From the NCBI GenBank assembly GCA_937912225.1, contig CALDOJ010000035.1, positions 10,571 to 74,570 on the forward strand: a stretch of 64,000 nt of DNA, in the 5' to 3' direction. Under the pieces are notes generated by a model that did no database searches, was not told where the DNA came from, and worked only from the letters and a program-made list of their open reading frames with translations. The DNA comes from Candidatus Woesearchaeota archaeon. GTDB lineage: Archaea > Nanobdellota > Nanobdellia > Woesearchaeales > GCA-2686295. Made by a program: the position numbers and the translations under genes. Shown here one piece after another: positions 27,749 through 36,471 of this stretch. Positions within the stretch are counted from its first letter, which is position 1. Every line of letters begins with the position of its first letter.

Positions 27749-28141
27749 ATGAAAACATGGCAAAAATTATTTCTTGCAGCTTCATTGTTAGTTCCTGTTG
27801 GTTTAAAATCTCAAGAATTAGTTCCGTTAATTTATTTTCCAGATACAGTTTCTTGTATGCTTTATTCAAAAGTTATAAACGAAAATTTTGAAGATTGTTA
27901 TTCATTAAAAGTTAATACTGATATTGGAGAAAAAATACTTGAACCATATGATGATTTAGTTGAGACGGTTGATTCGCTTCTAAACAAGAATTCTCAATTT
28001 ATGTTTGAATTTAATATTAATACTGATCGTTCAGGAACTCTTCATTATGGGATTCAATCCGTTAGAAGTTATGAACTTGAAGGAAAAACTCATCTTGTTC
28101 TATCAACTGAACCTGTTTCTATTTTAGAAAGATATAAATAA
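27749..28141 (+). CDS. hypothetical secreted protein
   Basis: 130 aa with signal-like MKTWQKLFLAASLLVPVGL. Confidence 0.45.
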   Translation: MKTWQKLFLAASLLVPVGLKSQELVPLIYFPDTVSCMLYSKVINENFEDCYSLKVNTDIGEKILEPYDDLVETVDSLLNKNSQFMFEFNINTDRSGTLHYGIQSVRSYELEGKTHLVLSTEPVSILERYK

Positions 28142-28162
28142 TATTTAGTCTAAACTTTTTTT

Positions 28163-28708
28163 ATGATTATTACTATAGGGGGTGCGCCAGGTGCTGGCAA
28201 AACTTGTGTTTCTAAACTTTTATGCGAGAAGTTAGGTTACAAACATTATTACATGGGCCAGATTATGCGAGACTTAGCAAAAGAACGTGGAATGTCTCTC
28301 AATAAATTTTATTCTTTGATAAAAAAAGAACCTGAAGTAGATCGAGAAGTTGATGAATATCAACGTAAGCTTGGAGAAACAGAAGATAAGTTAGTTGTTG
28401 AAGGTCGAACTTCATTTCATTTTGTGCCAAACTCTTACAAAATTTTTTTAGATGTGGATGAAGATGTTGGAGCTCAAAGAATTTTTGAGGATTTGAAAAA
28501 AAATTCTGATCGTAATGAAGATATTTATCGATCAGTTTCTGAAGTTAAACAAAGTATTCAAGAAAGAGTTAATAATGAGATTGAACGTTATCAAAATCTT
28601 TACGGGATTAATCATTTAGATAAGAAAAATTTTGATTTAGTAATTGACACATCTTATATCACTGTTGAACAAGTTGTTAACCAAATTCTGACTTATGTTC
28701 AAAAATAA
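28163..28708 (+). CDS. cmk: cytidylate kinase, archaeal type
   Basis: MIITIGGAPGAGKTCVSKLLCEKLGYKHYYMGQIMRDLAKERGMSL...VVEGR...LVIDTS. P-loop and overall pattern of COG1102 archaeal CMP kinases. Confidence 0.75.
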   Translation: MIITIGGAPGAGKTCVSKLLCEKLGYKHYYMGQIMRDLAKERGMSLNKFYSLIKKEPEVDREVDEYQRKLGETEDKLVVEGRTSFHFVPNSYKIFLDVDEDVGAQRIFEDLKKNSDRNEDIYRSVSEVKQSIQERVNNEIERYQNLYGINHLDKKNFDLVIDTSYITVEQVVNQILTYVQK

Positions 28709-28791
28709 TGGTAACATTTATATATTCTAAACTCCAAAATTGAAGTATATCACTGTTTTTTTTGGGAATCGTTGGCGGTGATCAATTTAAA

Positions 28792-29166
28792 ATGGCAAAA
28801 AAACAAGAACATAACAAGCATCATGAGGGAATTCTAATAATTGGTTTTGTTGTAGTTGTAGTTGGATTATTAATAATGATTCTTAATCCTTTGACAGGCA
28901 ATAGTGCCGGTCAAGCAATTATGAACCCAGCCGACCTTTGTGAACCTGAAAGAACTTGTAAAGATTGGATTTGGATTGATCAATTAACTTCTGAATGTAA
29001 AGAATGGGGTTTAGTAGAGAAACCAGTTTGTATCAAATATGATCTTGATGGTGCTGGAGAGTTAATGTGTACTGAATGGCAAAATGAAGTTGAAGAATGT
29101 TTAGAATTCAAAACTGTTTCAGTTCAAGATTGTAGACGTTATGGTTATGTAAATCGTTGCGAATAA
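28792..29166 (+). CDS. hypothetical membrane-anchored Cys-rich protein
   Basis: MAKKQEHNKHHEGILIIGFVVVVVGLLIMIL anchor, then 8 Cys in about 80 aa. The track ORF begins at 28762. Confidence 0.45.
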   Translation: MAKKQEHNKHHEGILIIGFVVVVVGLLIMILNPLTGNSAGQAIMNPADLCEPERTCKDWIWIDQLTSECKEWGLVEKPVCIKYDLDGAGELMCTEWQNEVEECLEFKTVSVQDCRRYGYVNRCE

Positions 29167-29257
29167 AATTTTAATTTCTTAATTAATATGTTAAAAAAAT
29201 AAAACAAAGTATTCTTGAACAAAAGTTATTTAATTGAAATACTTTTTTTTTTATATT

Positions 29258-29881
29258 ATGATTTTTGAAATCAATAAACTTCCCAATGAGAAATTAGATG
29301 AAGTTTATGAAAAATCGATGAAAGAATTAGATTCTTTTTTCAAATTGGGTTGGAAGTATAATAGACCAAGTTTAGTTTTAATTCCTGATAGAAAAACAAT
29401 TGATTCTTTGAAAAGTGAAAAAACTGAAGAATGGGTTGTTGGTTGGGTGAATGGAACTACTGTTTACATGCTTTCTGATAAAAATTATGAAACTGAAAGT
29501 GATCATAAATATTCTGACTATGAATACTTTGCCTTATTGAAGCATGAATTAGCTCATTGTTTTTCTAATATTGTTAGTGGATTTGCGCAAAAACCAATTT
29601 GGTTACTTGAAGGAATTTCTATATTTTTATCAGGTCAACTTAAATTCAGAATAAAACCAAAAAAATTTACTCAGTTCATAGAATTTTATGAAACTGGCGG
29701 AAAAGGTGTTTATTCAGAATCTGGTTTTGCTGTTAAATTTTTAATAAAAAAATGTGGAAAAGAAAAACTACTTCGACTTTTGAAAAAAGTAAAAGAATCT
29801 AATTCTAAAAAAAAATTTGCAGATTTATTCAAATCAATTTATAATTTTGAATTAATTTATGAAAATTTTGAAGTATTATAA
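29258..29881 (+). CDS. putative zinc metallopeptidase (peptidase-MA-like, HExxH)
   Basis: LLKHELAHCFSN (HExxH) followed by WLLEGISIFLSG (downstream Glu ligand pattern). The track ORF begins at 29234. Confidence 0.5.
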   Translation: MIFEINKLPNEKLDEVYEKSMKELDSFFKLGWKYNRPSLVLIPDRKTIDSLKSEKTEEWVVGWVNGTTVYMLSDKNYETESDHKYSDYEYFALLKHELAHCFSNIVSGFAQKPIWLLEGISIFLSGQLKFRIKPKKFTQFIEFYETGGKGVYSESGFAVKFLIKKCGKEKLLRLLKKVKESNSKKKFADLFKSIYNFELIYENFEVL

Positions 29882-29885
29882 CAAG

Positions 29886-29908
29886 TAATGTGTTATCACA
29901 CATTAATA
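29886..29908 (+). repeat. 23-nt direct repeat, copy 1 (TAATGTGTTATCACACATTAATA; internal 7-bp hairpin)
   Basis: Begins 5 nt after the stop at 29881. TAATGTG/CACATTA form a stem around a TTATCA loop. 22 of 23 nt are identical to 30905..30927. Confidence 0.8.
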
Positions 29909-30070
29909 GAACGTAGAGATTAAATTTATTCCACTTTGTTTAATTTGATTTTTGTGTGTTCTATTGATAGTAAAGTATAAAGAACAGAAGTAAAAAATTG
30001 TTCTTAGCATGTAATAAACCAAGTATAATCAATAAGAATATTTATAAGTAATAACTCTTAATTATTTTAT

Positions 30071-30880
30071 ATGCATAAAGAACCAATTGTGCTTAGATAC
30101 TACTCGGAAGATTTTATTTCTCTTGAAGAGTTTAAAAACATTCTTAGTAATAATTTTGTCTCAGGACAACAAGAAGTTTCACAGGAATCTCTTAGTATGA
30201 CCTTAGATAGTCATATGGAGAAAATAACTTGCTTGGTTGAGAATCAAAAATCTGAAATTTATAAAATATTTAAAGGAGTGGATTATGGGCGATCTTCGGA
30301 AGGATATCAAGGACCGTTAGTACATTTAGGTTTTCAAAAACCTATATCTGAGTTCTCAATAGCACATATTCGTAAATTAAGAAAACTTGTTGTAGAAGGA
30401 AATTCAGAAGATGCGCTTTATTTTATTAAAGCAGGAAAATTAATATTTAAAGATAAGGAATACTTAATAAGTGCAAACTCATTTGTTTTCTTGGAAAATA
30501 ATGGGTTTTATGAATTGACTGGAAAAGATATAATTATTTCTAGATTTGGAAAACATGATTCTTTAGTTAATGTTGATGATCAAGAAAAATATCAGCTTGC
30601 AGAAGAAGTACAAACATGTCAATGGGCTTTTATGAATTTTCTTTCAGGAAATACCTTGGAACCACATTTACATAAAATGAAAAGCGAATTTTTTTATTTC
30701 TCAGGTGATGTTGATATCGATACTGATTTAGTTAATCCTAATAGTCCAAAATACTCAAAAAGAAATGGATTTATATCAATAAAACATTCTGTTGGTCATT
30801 CAATGCAAACAAATTATGGTGATGTTTGGTTTCATTCACTTAATATGCCCGATATATTAAATGATAGTAAAAGGTTATAA
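30071..30880 (+). CDS. hypothetical protein with C-terminal cupin-like motif
   Basis: GNTLEPHLHKMKSEFFYFSG fits cupin motif 1 G-x5-H-x-H-x4-E-x5-G. The N-terminal 190 aa have no recognisable motif. Confidence 0.45.
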   Translation: MHKEPIVLRYYSEDFISLEEFKNILSNNFVSGQQEVSQESLSMTLDSHMEKITCLVENQKSEIYKIFKGVDYGRSSEGYQGPLVHLGFQKPISEFSIAHIRKLRKLVVEGNSEDALYFIKAGKLIFKDKEYLISANSFVFLENNGFYELTGKDIIISRFGKHDSLVNVDDQEKYQLAEEVQTCQWAFMNFLSGNTLEPHLHKMKSEFFYFSGDVDIDTDLVNPNSPKYSKRNGFISIKHSVGHSMQTNYGDVWFHSLNMPDILNDSKRL

Positions 30881-30904
30881 AAAATAATTTATTCTTTTTA
30901 AAAT

Positions 30905-30927
30905 TAATCTGTTATCACACATTAATA
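30905..30927 (+). repeat. 23-nt direct repeat, copy 2 (TAATCTGTTATCACACATTAATA)
   Basis: Begins 25 nt after the stop at 30880. Contains an 18-nt perfect match (TGTTATCACACATTAATA) to 29891..29908. Confidence 0.8.
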
Positions 30928-30967
30928 ATCCTAAAACTTTATATATAGAACAATCTAGAATTGGTTC

Positions 30968-31834
30968 ATGGTTTTAGAGCATTTATTTCCTGAGAAATGG
31001 CTTGAGAAAAGAAATTATTATGGTTTCTTACTTGGAGCAGGTTATTCTATCATTGGAATATTGCTTGCAGGACTATTATTTCCTTCTGACCCTGCACTCG
31101 TAGCAGTTGCATTCACAGCACTTCTTTTATTGCCAGAACTCTATAAAATGTTTTCAATTGAAGAACGAATAGAAGAGAAGGAAAAATCATTTTCTTTTAA
31201 AGAGCTTTTCAAAGACAATAAAGACTTTATCAAAGTTTACTTGTTTGTAATGCTTGGAATATTTGTTATTTATAGTATTGCAGCAATTGTACTTCCTTCT
31301 TTTCAAGTAAATCAATTATTCAGAGAACAATTAGAAATGAGAGGTGCTAGTGGAGGTGCATCTGGTGGCGCATATTTTAGTTCAGGATTATTCTTAGAAT
31401 TATTATTAAATAACTGGTGGGTTTTATTTGCTTGTTTTATAGTATCTTTACTCACTGGAGATGGAGCAATATTTTTACTCACGTGGAATGCTAGTATGTG
31501 GGGCACAATTTTTGGAGTAACAGCAAGAAATGCAGCTCTTCATTCACAAGGAAATCCATTTGTTTATTTAGTGATTGTTCTTTTAATTGTTTTTCCACAT
31601 GCATTTTTAGAACTATTGGCTTATACATTGGCTGCTATTAGTGGAGGAGTAATTTCAAAAGATGTACTGCTTGAAAAATTTGAAAGCAAACGTTTTAATG
31701 AAGTATTTCAATATAATTTTTGGCTCTTTGTAATTGCGGTTGTTGTTTTAATAATTGGTGCGCTTGTAGAAACATGGGTTTTAGGAAATGTTACGATTTA
31801 TGCAGATATTATCCAACAAAGTTTTTTAGTTTAA
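30968..31834 (+). CDS. SpoIIM/DUF95-like integral membrane protein
   Basis: NNWWVLFACFIVSLLTGDGAIFLLTWNASMWGTIFG and FPHAFLELLAYTLAAISG are typical of stage II sporulation protein M-like (DUF95) proteins. Confidence 0.6.
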   Translation: MVLEHLFPEKWLEKRNYYGFLLGAGYSIIGILLAGLLFPSDPALVAVAFTALLLLPELYKMFSIEERIEEKEKSFSFKELFKDNKDFIKVYLFVMLGIFVIYSIAAIVLPSFQVNQLFREQLEMRGASGGASGGAYFSSGLFLELLLNNWWVLFACFIVSLLTGDGAIFLLTWNASMWGTIFGVTARNAALHSQGNPFVYLVIVLLIVFPHAFLELLAYTLAAISGGVISKDVLLEKFESKRFNEVFQYNFWLFVIAVVVLIIGALVETWVLGNVTIYADIIQQSFLV

Positions 31835-33642
31835 ATTCTTTTTCTATGAACTTCGTGAGTTAAGAAAATGATGAATATGAATACTAAAATGTAGATTACA
31901 ACTGCTAATACTTGCCATAGTAATTCGTGAATTGGAAGTCCGAATAAAATGATTCTTTTTAATAATTCATTGCTTATAACTAAAGGACTTAGTTTTGCAA
32001 TTGCGCCAACTAATACTGGCATACTTTCTAAAGGAATTATTATTGGTGAAAATAAAAATAAGAAACTGCTAATAAAAATGCTTGCCATAGTTGAACTTTC
32101 TTCATCTTGAAACAAGAATCCAATACTCATACCAATTAATATGAACACTGTAGAAATTAAAATTATAGCTGGAATAAATGATAAGATGTGTAGTAATTTT
32201 ATTTCAATTCCAAAAACTAATATTCCTACTGCCGAAACTAATAATATTTCAAACAAAATTATTATTAACATCACAATGAAATTACTAACTAAAAATAAGT
32301 AATCTTTTGCAGGCGTAATATAATTTCTAAAGAAAGCAGTAGATTTTTTTTCAATCATTATAATTCTTGAAGATAATAATATTCCTAAAAAACAAATAAC
32401 TAAGATTATTAGTAATGGGAATGAGTATTCTAAAAAAGTTCCTTCTTTACTGATTGATTCAATATTTATGTTTAATGGATTAACAATTTTTTCTACTTCT
32501 TTGACTTTAATAGCTGAATAATCGCTCAGAATTCTTGCAATATCGCTATCTACTTGATTTACTGATGAACTAGCGGAACTAGATTTTTGAGATATGCTAC
32601 TAATTAAAGAAAGTGAAGATGATTTAGTTGTTTTTGCAGATGATAAATCATTATTGATTGTTTCTAAAGTGGAAATAGTTGCTAATGCTAAATTTTTAAT
32701 AGCACTCACATCTGTGGTGTTAGTATTGTTAGAATCATAACCTAATAAATCAACATAAGATTGAATTGTGAATTGTGTATCTTCTAAAACTTCAATCTCT
32801 GATTCTAAATCTGTACAGTCACTATTGTTAGAAGCTAAGCATTCATCATAATCTGATTCTGCAGAACTTAAAGCATTTGATATGGAGTTATAATCATTTA
32901 TTATTTCAGTTGTTAAATCATTATAACCTGTTAGTTGAAGTTCAACTTGTTCAGCAGTATTAGCTATTTGATTTAAATTATTAAGTTCATCTGTAGTATC
33001 AACATTTAAGTTCATTGATTGTAATAAGTTTCGAACATCATTTGATTCTCGTTCAAGATTACTTAATGCTGTTTTTGCATCTGCAGTTTTTGTTTTATCT
33101 CCGGTAAGTAAATTGTTACTTGAAGAAATTGTATCTAATAATTGTTTAGTAAAAACAACGCTTAATCTTTTAGTTTCAAAAGATACTTTTTCAGAAATAT
33201 CTGCTAATAAAGAATAAGCCAGATTTATTTGTGAAACATCTGCATAAATATTTACATAGTTATCCACAGCAGTATTCTCAGGGTCAAGATTGTATGGTAA
33301 CTCAATACAAACATGAAATCCTTCTTTTTTAACACTATTGATGCAGGAATCCAATGAAAGGCGCTCATTGATGTAGAAACTTTCGTTCAATAAAAAGAAT
33401 ATTTTATTAACTGTTGCTCCTGCATCTATAGATGTTAATAATTCTTGAGTGTTATTTTCGTATCCTTGATTTATGAATAATGCGACATTTATGCTTTGTA
33501 AAGAAGAGTTACTAAATGCAATTCCTATGATTAACATTATTAAAAGCGGACCCATGATTATTGTAACCAGGGAACTTTTTGATCTACCCACTACTTTGAA
33601 ATGTTTTTTGATTAGTTCTTTTAATACGTCGAATTGCTTCAT
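31831..33642 (-). CDS. ABC-2 type transporter permease with large extracytoplasmic coiled domain (YhgE/Pip-like)
   Basis: N-terminal TM, about 350-aa S/T/N-rich extracellular region, C-terminal 5-TM ABC-2 block. Its start overlaps the stop of the ATPase gene. Confidence 0.7.
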   Translation of the reverse strand: MKQFDVLKELIKKHFKVVGRSKSSLVTIIMGPLLIMLIIGIAFSNSSLQSINVALFINQGYENNTQELLTSIDAGATVNKIFFLLNESFYINERLSLDSCINSVKKEGFHVCIELPYNLDPENTAVDNYVNIYADVSQINLAYSLLADISEKVSFETKRLSVVFTKQLLDTISSSNNLLTGDKTKTADAKTALSNLERESNDVRNLLQSMNLNVDTTDELNNLNQIANTAEQVELQLTGYNDLTTEIINDYNSISNALSSAESDYDECLASNNSDCTDLESEIEVLEDTQFTIQSYVDLLGYDSNNTNTTDVSAIKNLALATISTLETINNDLSSAKTTKSSSLSLISSISQKSSSASSSVNQVDSDIARILSDYSAIKVKEVEKIVNPLNINIESISKEGTFLEYSFPLLIILVICFLGILLSSRIIMIEKKSTAFFRNYITPAKDYLFLVSNFIVMLIIILFEILLVSAVGILVFGIEIKLLHILSFIPAIILISTVFILIGMSIGFLFQDEESSTMASIFISSFLFLFSPIIIPLESMPVLVGAIAKLSPLVISNELLKRIILFGLPIHELLWQVLAVVIYILVFIFIIFLTHEVHRKRI

Positions 33643-34706
33643 CTTTGTTCTAATGCTTCATCTACTAATTCTTTAGGATATTGTTTGAGTAGTTCTGTTC
33701 TAAGTTCTGACTGTTTAAATTTACTAATTGAATTGTCTATATCTGCATGTAATCTTTTTGTTCCGTCAATTTTATTATTTTTACCAATCATTGTTTCAAA
33801 GATTTCATTTAATGTTGGTTTATTTACTTCCAGTTCTACAAGTTTTTCTCCAAGCATTCCAACAATTCTTAAAATTAACATTAATGTTGAATCTGCATTT
33901 GGCGTATAGACTACTAAATTGTTGTCTCGTTTGTAAATATTTTTTATTCCGCTTTTCTGCATTGTAGATACTATTTTTTCATAGTTGCCTGGAATTGTTT
34001 CAATGATTATTTCTTCATTTTTAGAGTATAAATCTTTCATAGCTTTTGGCGTTCCAGTCGCGATGATTGTGCCTTCTTCAATGATGGCTATTCGATTACA
34101 AACATGTTCTACTTTGTTTAAGAAATGTGATGAAAGAATGATTGTTGTTCCAATAGCATTAATTCGTTTTAGTGTTCGCCACATATGTCTGGATGAAATT
34201 GGATCAAGTTCTGCAGTTGGTTCGTCAAGAATTAATACGTGTGGTGAATGGATTAAAGCGCATCCTAAATCTAATCTTCGTTTCATTCCGCCTGAAAGAT
34301 CTTTTGCTAATGCATCTTTTTTGTTTTCTAATTCTATTAATTTTAGAACTTCAATTATTTTTTGTGTTAGTAAGTTTTTTTTAAGATAATAGAGTTTTCC
34401 AAAGTAGAATAAATTTTCAAAAACTGTTAAATCATTGTAAAAACAGTTTTCTTGAGTTGCAAATCCAAAATTGCTTTTTAGAAACTCTCGATTCTTTGGA
34501 AGCTTATTGTCATTGTAGATGCTGTAATTTCCTGAATCAAAATGATAAAACCCTATTAAAACTCTTAATAAAGTTGTTTTTCCAGCTCCATTTCTTCCAA
34601 TGATGCCAAAAATCTCTCCATTATTTACTTCAAAACTAACATCTTTAAGGATTTGATTGTTGTTTATTGTCTTTGAAAGATGTTCTAATCTAATAAGAGC
34701 GCCCAT
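33639..34706 (-). CDS. ABC transporter ATP-binding protein
   Basis: Walker A GRNGAGKTTLL, signature LSGGMKRRL, Walker B VLILDEPTAELD, H-loop SSHFL. About 120-aa C-terminal extension. Confidence 0.9.
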   Translation of the reverse strand: MGALIRLEHLSKTINNNQILKDVSFEVNNGEIFGIIGRNGAGKTTLLRVLIGFYHFDSGNYSIYNDNKLPKNREFLKSNFGFATQENCFYNDLTVFENLFYFGKLYYLKKNLLTQKIIEVLKLIELENKKDALAKDLSGGMKRRLDLGCALIHSPHVLILDEPTAELDPISSRHMWRTLKRINAIGTTIILSSHFLNKVEHVCNRIAIIEEGTIIATGTPKAMKDLYSKNEEIIIETIPGNYEKIVSTMQKSGIKNIYKRDNNLVVYTPNADSTLMLILRIVGMLGEKLVELEVNKPTLNEIFETMIGKNNKIDGTKRLHADIDNSISKFKQSELRTELLKQYPKELVDEALEQR

Positions 34707-34811
34707 TTAAAATATTATTATATTAAAGGTTTTTAAATATTAGTGACTACTTTAAAATGGATTAAATTTGAATAGGAATATTTAAATACTGGTTTTCTTA
34801 GGAATTAACTT

Positions 34812-35450
34812 ATGAAAGTTTATAAGTTATTACCATTATTAATTCTTTTAATATTATTGTCTGGAATCGTGGTTGCACAGCTGCCACCTCCACCTCCTGC
34901 GCCACCGAATATGGGTGGACAAGCATCTTCGTCTACAATGGACTTATCAGATGAAGAATTAGATGCTTTAGAAGCAGAGATTTTAGGAGAAGAGTTTTTT
35001 GAAGAAGAAACTGAACCTGTGTCAACACAACAAACTCCAAGACAAACAACTTCAACAAGACAAACAGAACCAACCACAGAATGCCCTGCTGCTAATGGGG
35101 GCTTAATTTATAGTTTAGCAACTTTATCGGTTATATTAATTATAATACTAGGAATTATTTTGTTTATGTGGAAAAAAGACAAAGAAAGCTTTATACCTGC
35201 ACATAGAGAAGTAATGGATACTTTAGTAAGAAATAATGCTTCAGCTCCTATTCAACCAGTTGCACAACCTGAACCAGTTCAACCTATTCGATTTGAACAA
35301 CCAGAAATGCAAGAAGATCCTAGAAATCAAGAAATAAAAATTTATATTGATCAATGCAGAGCACAAGGGTTTGATGATAATGCAATTAAATTTGAATTAT
35401 TAAAACATGGATATTCTGCAGATATACTTGGAAAGTTTTTTAACAATTGA
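34812..35450 (+). CDS. hypothetical single-pass membrane protein (Pro-rich and acidic ectodomain)
   Basis: Signal peptide, QLPPPPPAPPNMGG, central TM GLIYSLATLSVILIIILGIILFMW. Confidence 0.5.
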   Translation: MKVYKLLPLLILLILLSGIVVAQLPPPPPAPPNMGGQASSSTMDLSDEELDALEAEILGEEFFEEETEPVSTQQTPRQTTSTRQTEPTTECPAANGGLIYSLATLSVILIIILGIILFMWKKDKESFIPAHREVMDTLVRNNASAPIQPVAQPEPVQPIRFEQPEMQEDPRNQEIKIYIDQCRAQGFDDNAIKFELLKHGYSADILGKFFNN

Positions 35451-35488
35451 AAAAATTTATATAATTTAAATCAAAATAAATATAGAAG

Positions 35489-36256
35489 GTGTATATTATG
35501 TTTAAAAAAATATTATTAATCATGTTTGTTGTAGCAATTCTAGCTTTATCTGGTTGTGTAAAAGATTTACCTCCAGTTCCTAACCCTCCAGGAACAGAAG
35601 AAGGGAATATTGGTGGACAAGCTTATCATCCAGGAGATACAATTGATGCAGGATACGCTCCGCCATGGGATGTGTTTGAAGAAGATGATGCTGGATTACC
35701 TGTAGAAATATTCACTATTATGCCTGAAGAATTATCTGTTGTGGATTATTTATTAGATGATTTTACAGACGGTGTAATTTCAGTTGATGATGGAATGACA
35801 GACTTATATGTTGATGTAACTCACATGGATGGAGTTATTTACAATAAAGGTTATATTTTTATTAATGGTGTTTGGGAAGAATTCACTTTTGATGATGAAC
35901 CAATTGAAGGAACGCCTTGGATAGAAGATTATGCTTCATACTTTTGGTTTACTGAAAATTTATGTCATGGACCAAGATATATTGTCGCTTATTCATGTAA
36001 AAAACATGATGATACTTGGAAATGTGGTTGTGATGCTGATGGTAATTGCGGTAAATGGATGGTTCAAGAATTCCCAGTTACAGCAACAGTTTGTAGTTCA
36101 GGACAAGACTTTTTATGTATAGGTGATGATTTATATAATTGTGCAGATACTTGTTGGTCTTATTCAGAAACTTGTGATACATATAGAACTTGTAGCGAAT
36201 CAGAAGGAGCATGTATTTTACCAGTTGATCCGCGTATTACGGACTTTACAACTTGA
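35489..36256 (+). CDS. hypothetical lipoprotein-like secreted Cys-rich protein
   Basis: ILALSGCVKD lipobox-like leader. 14 Cys in the C-terminal half. Confidence 0.5.
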   Translation: MYIMFKKILLIMFVVAILALSGCVKDLPPVPNPPGTEEGNIGGQAYHPGDTIDAGYAPPWDVFEEDDAGLPVEIFTIMPEELSVVDYLLDDFTDGVISVDDGMTDLYVDVTHMDGVIYNKGYIFINGVWEEFTFDDEPIEGTPWIEDYASYFWFTENLCHGPRYIVAYSCKKHDDTWKCGCDADGNCGKWMVQEFPVTATVCSSGQDFLCIGDDLYNCADTCWSYSETCDTYRTCSESEGACILPVDPRITDFTT

Positions 36257-36320
36257 TTTACATATTAGTAAATTTCTAATAAATTTATTAATTTTTTTAG
36301 TCTTAGGTATTATCTAAGAT

Positions 36321-36393
36321 TCAGCAGAATCACAAATTCTGTGTGCCAGAACTTTTAGTTCTGTGCATACCAGCAGATTTTCTGCTGAGCATT
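36321..36393 (-). repeat. AATGCTCAG-type multi-hairpin element, copy 3 (inverted, composite)
   Basis: The reverse complement reads AATGCTCAGCAGAAAATCTGCTGGTATGCACAGAACTAAAAGTTCTGGCACACAGAATTTGTGATTCTGCTGA. It shares the CAGAACTAAAAGTTCTGGCACACA core with the other copies and adds an extra CAGCAGA/TCTGCTG hairpin. Confidence 0.75.
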
Positions 36394-36424
36394 CTATTTC
36401 TTTACTCTATTATTTATAGAAAAG

Positions 36425-36432
36425 TTTAAATA
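36425..36432 (+). promoter_or_regulatory. TATA-box-like element (TTTAAATA) upstream of the toxin locus
   Basis: About 40 nt upstream of the proposed ATT/ATA start at 36472/36475. GGTG lies at 36461..36464. Confidence 0.3.
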
Positions 36433-36471
36433 GTATTTGTTCGAATATTTATCAGGAAAGGGTGTGGTTTT

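Noticed and set aside
33985-34389. Plus-strand ORFs (33634..33909, 33728..33967, 33985..34389, 34172..34384) inside the ABC ATPase gene; 26790..27077 inside the thermosome gene; 11027..11449, 9215..9490, 9932..10195, 13352..13543, 13679..13888 and 14109..14420 inside pilus genes
   Set aside because: All are antisense to, or out of frame with, confidently identified genes that carry Walker, chaperonin or pilin motifs. AT-rich genomes produce such long shadow frames.
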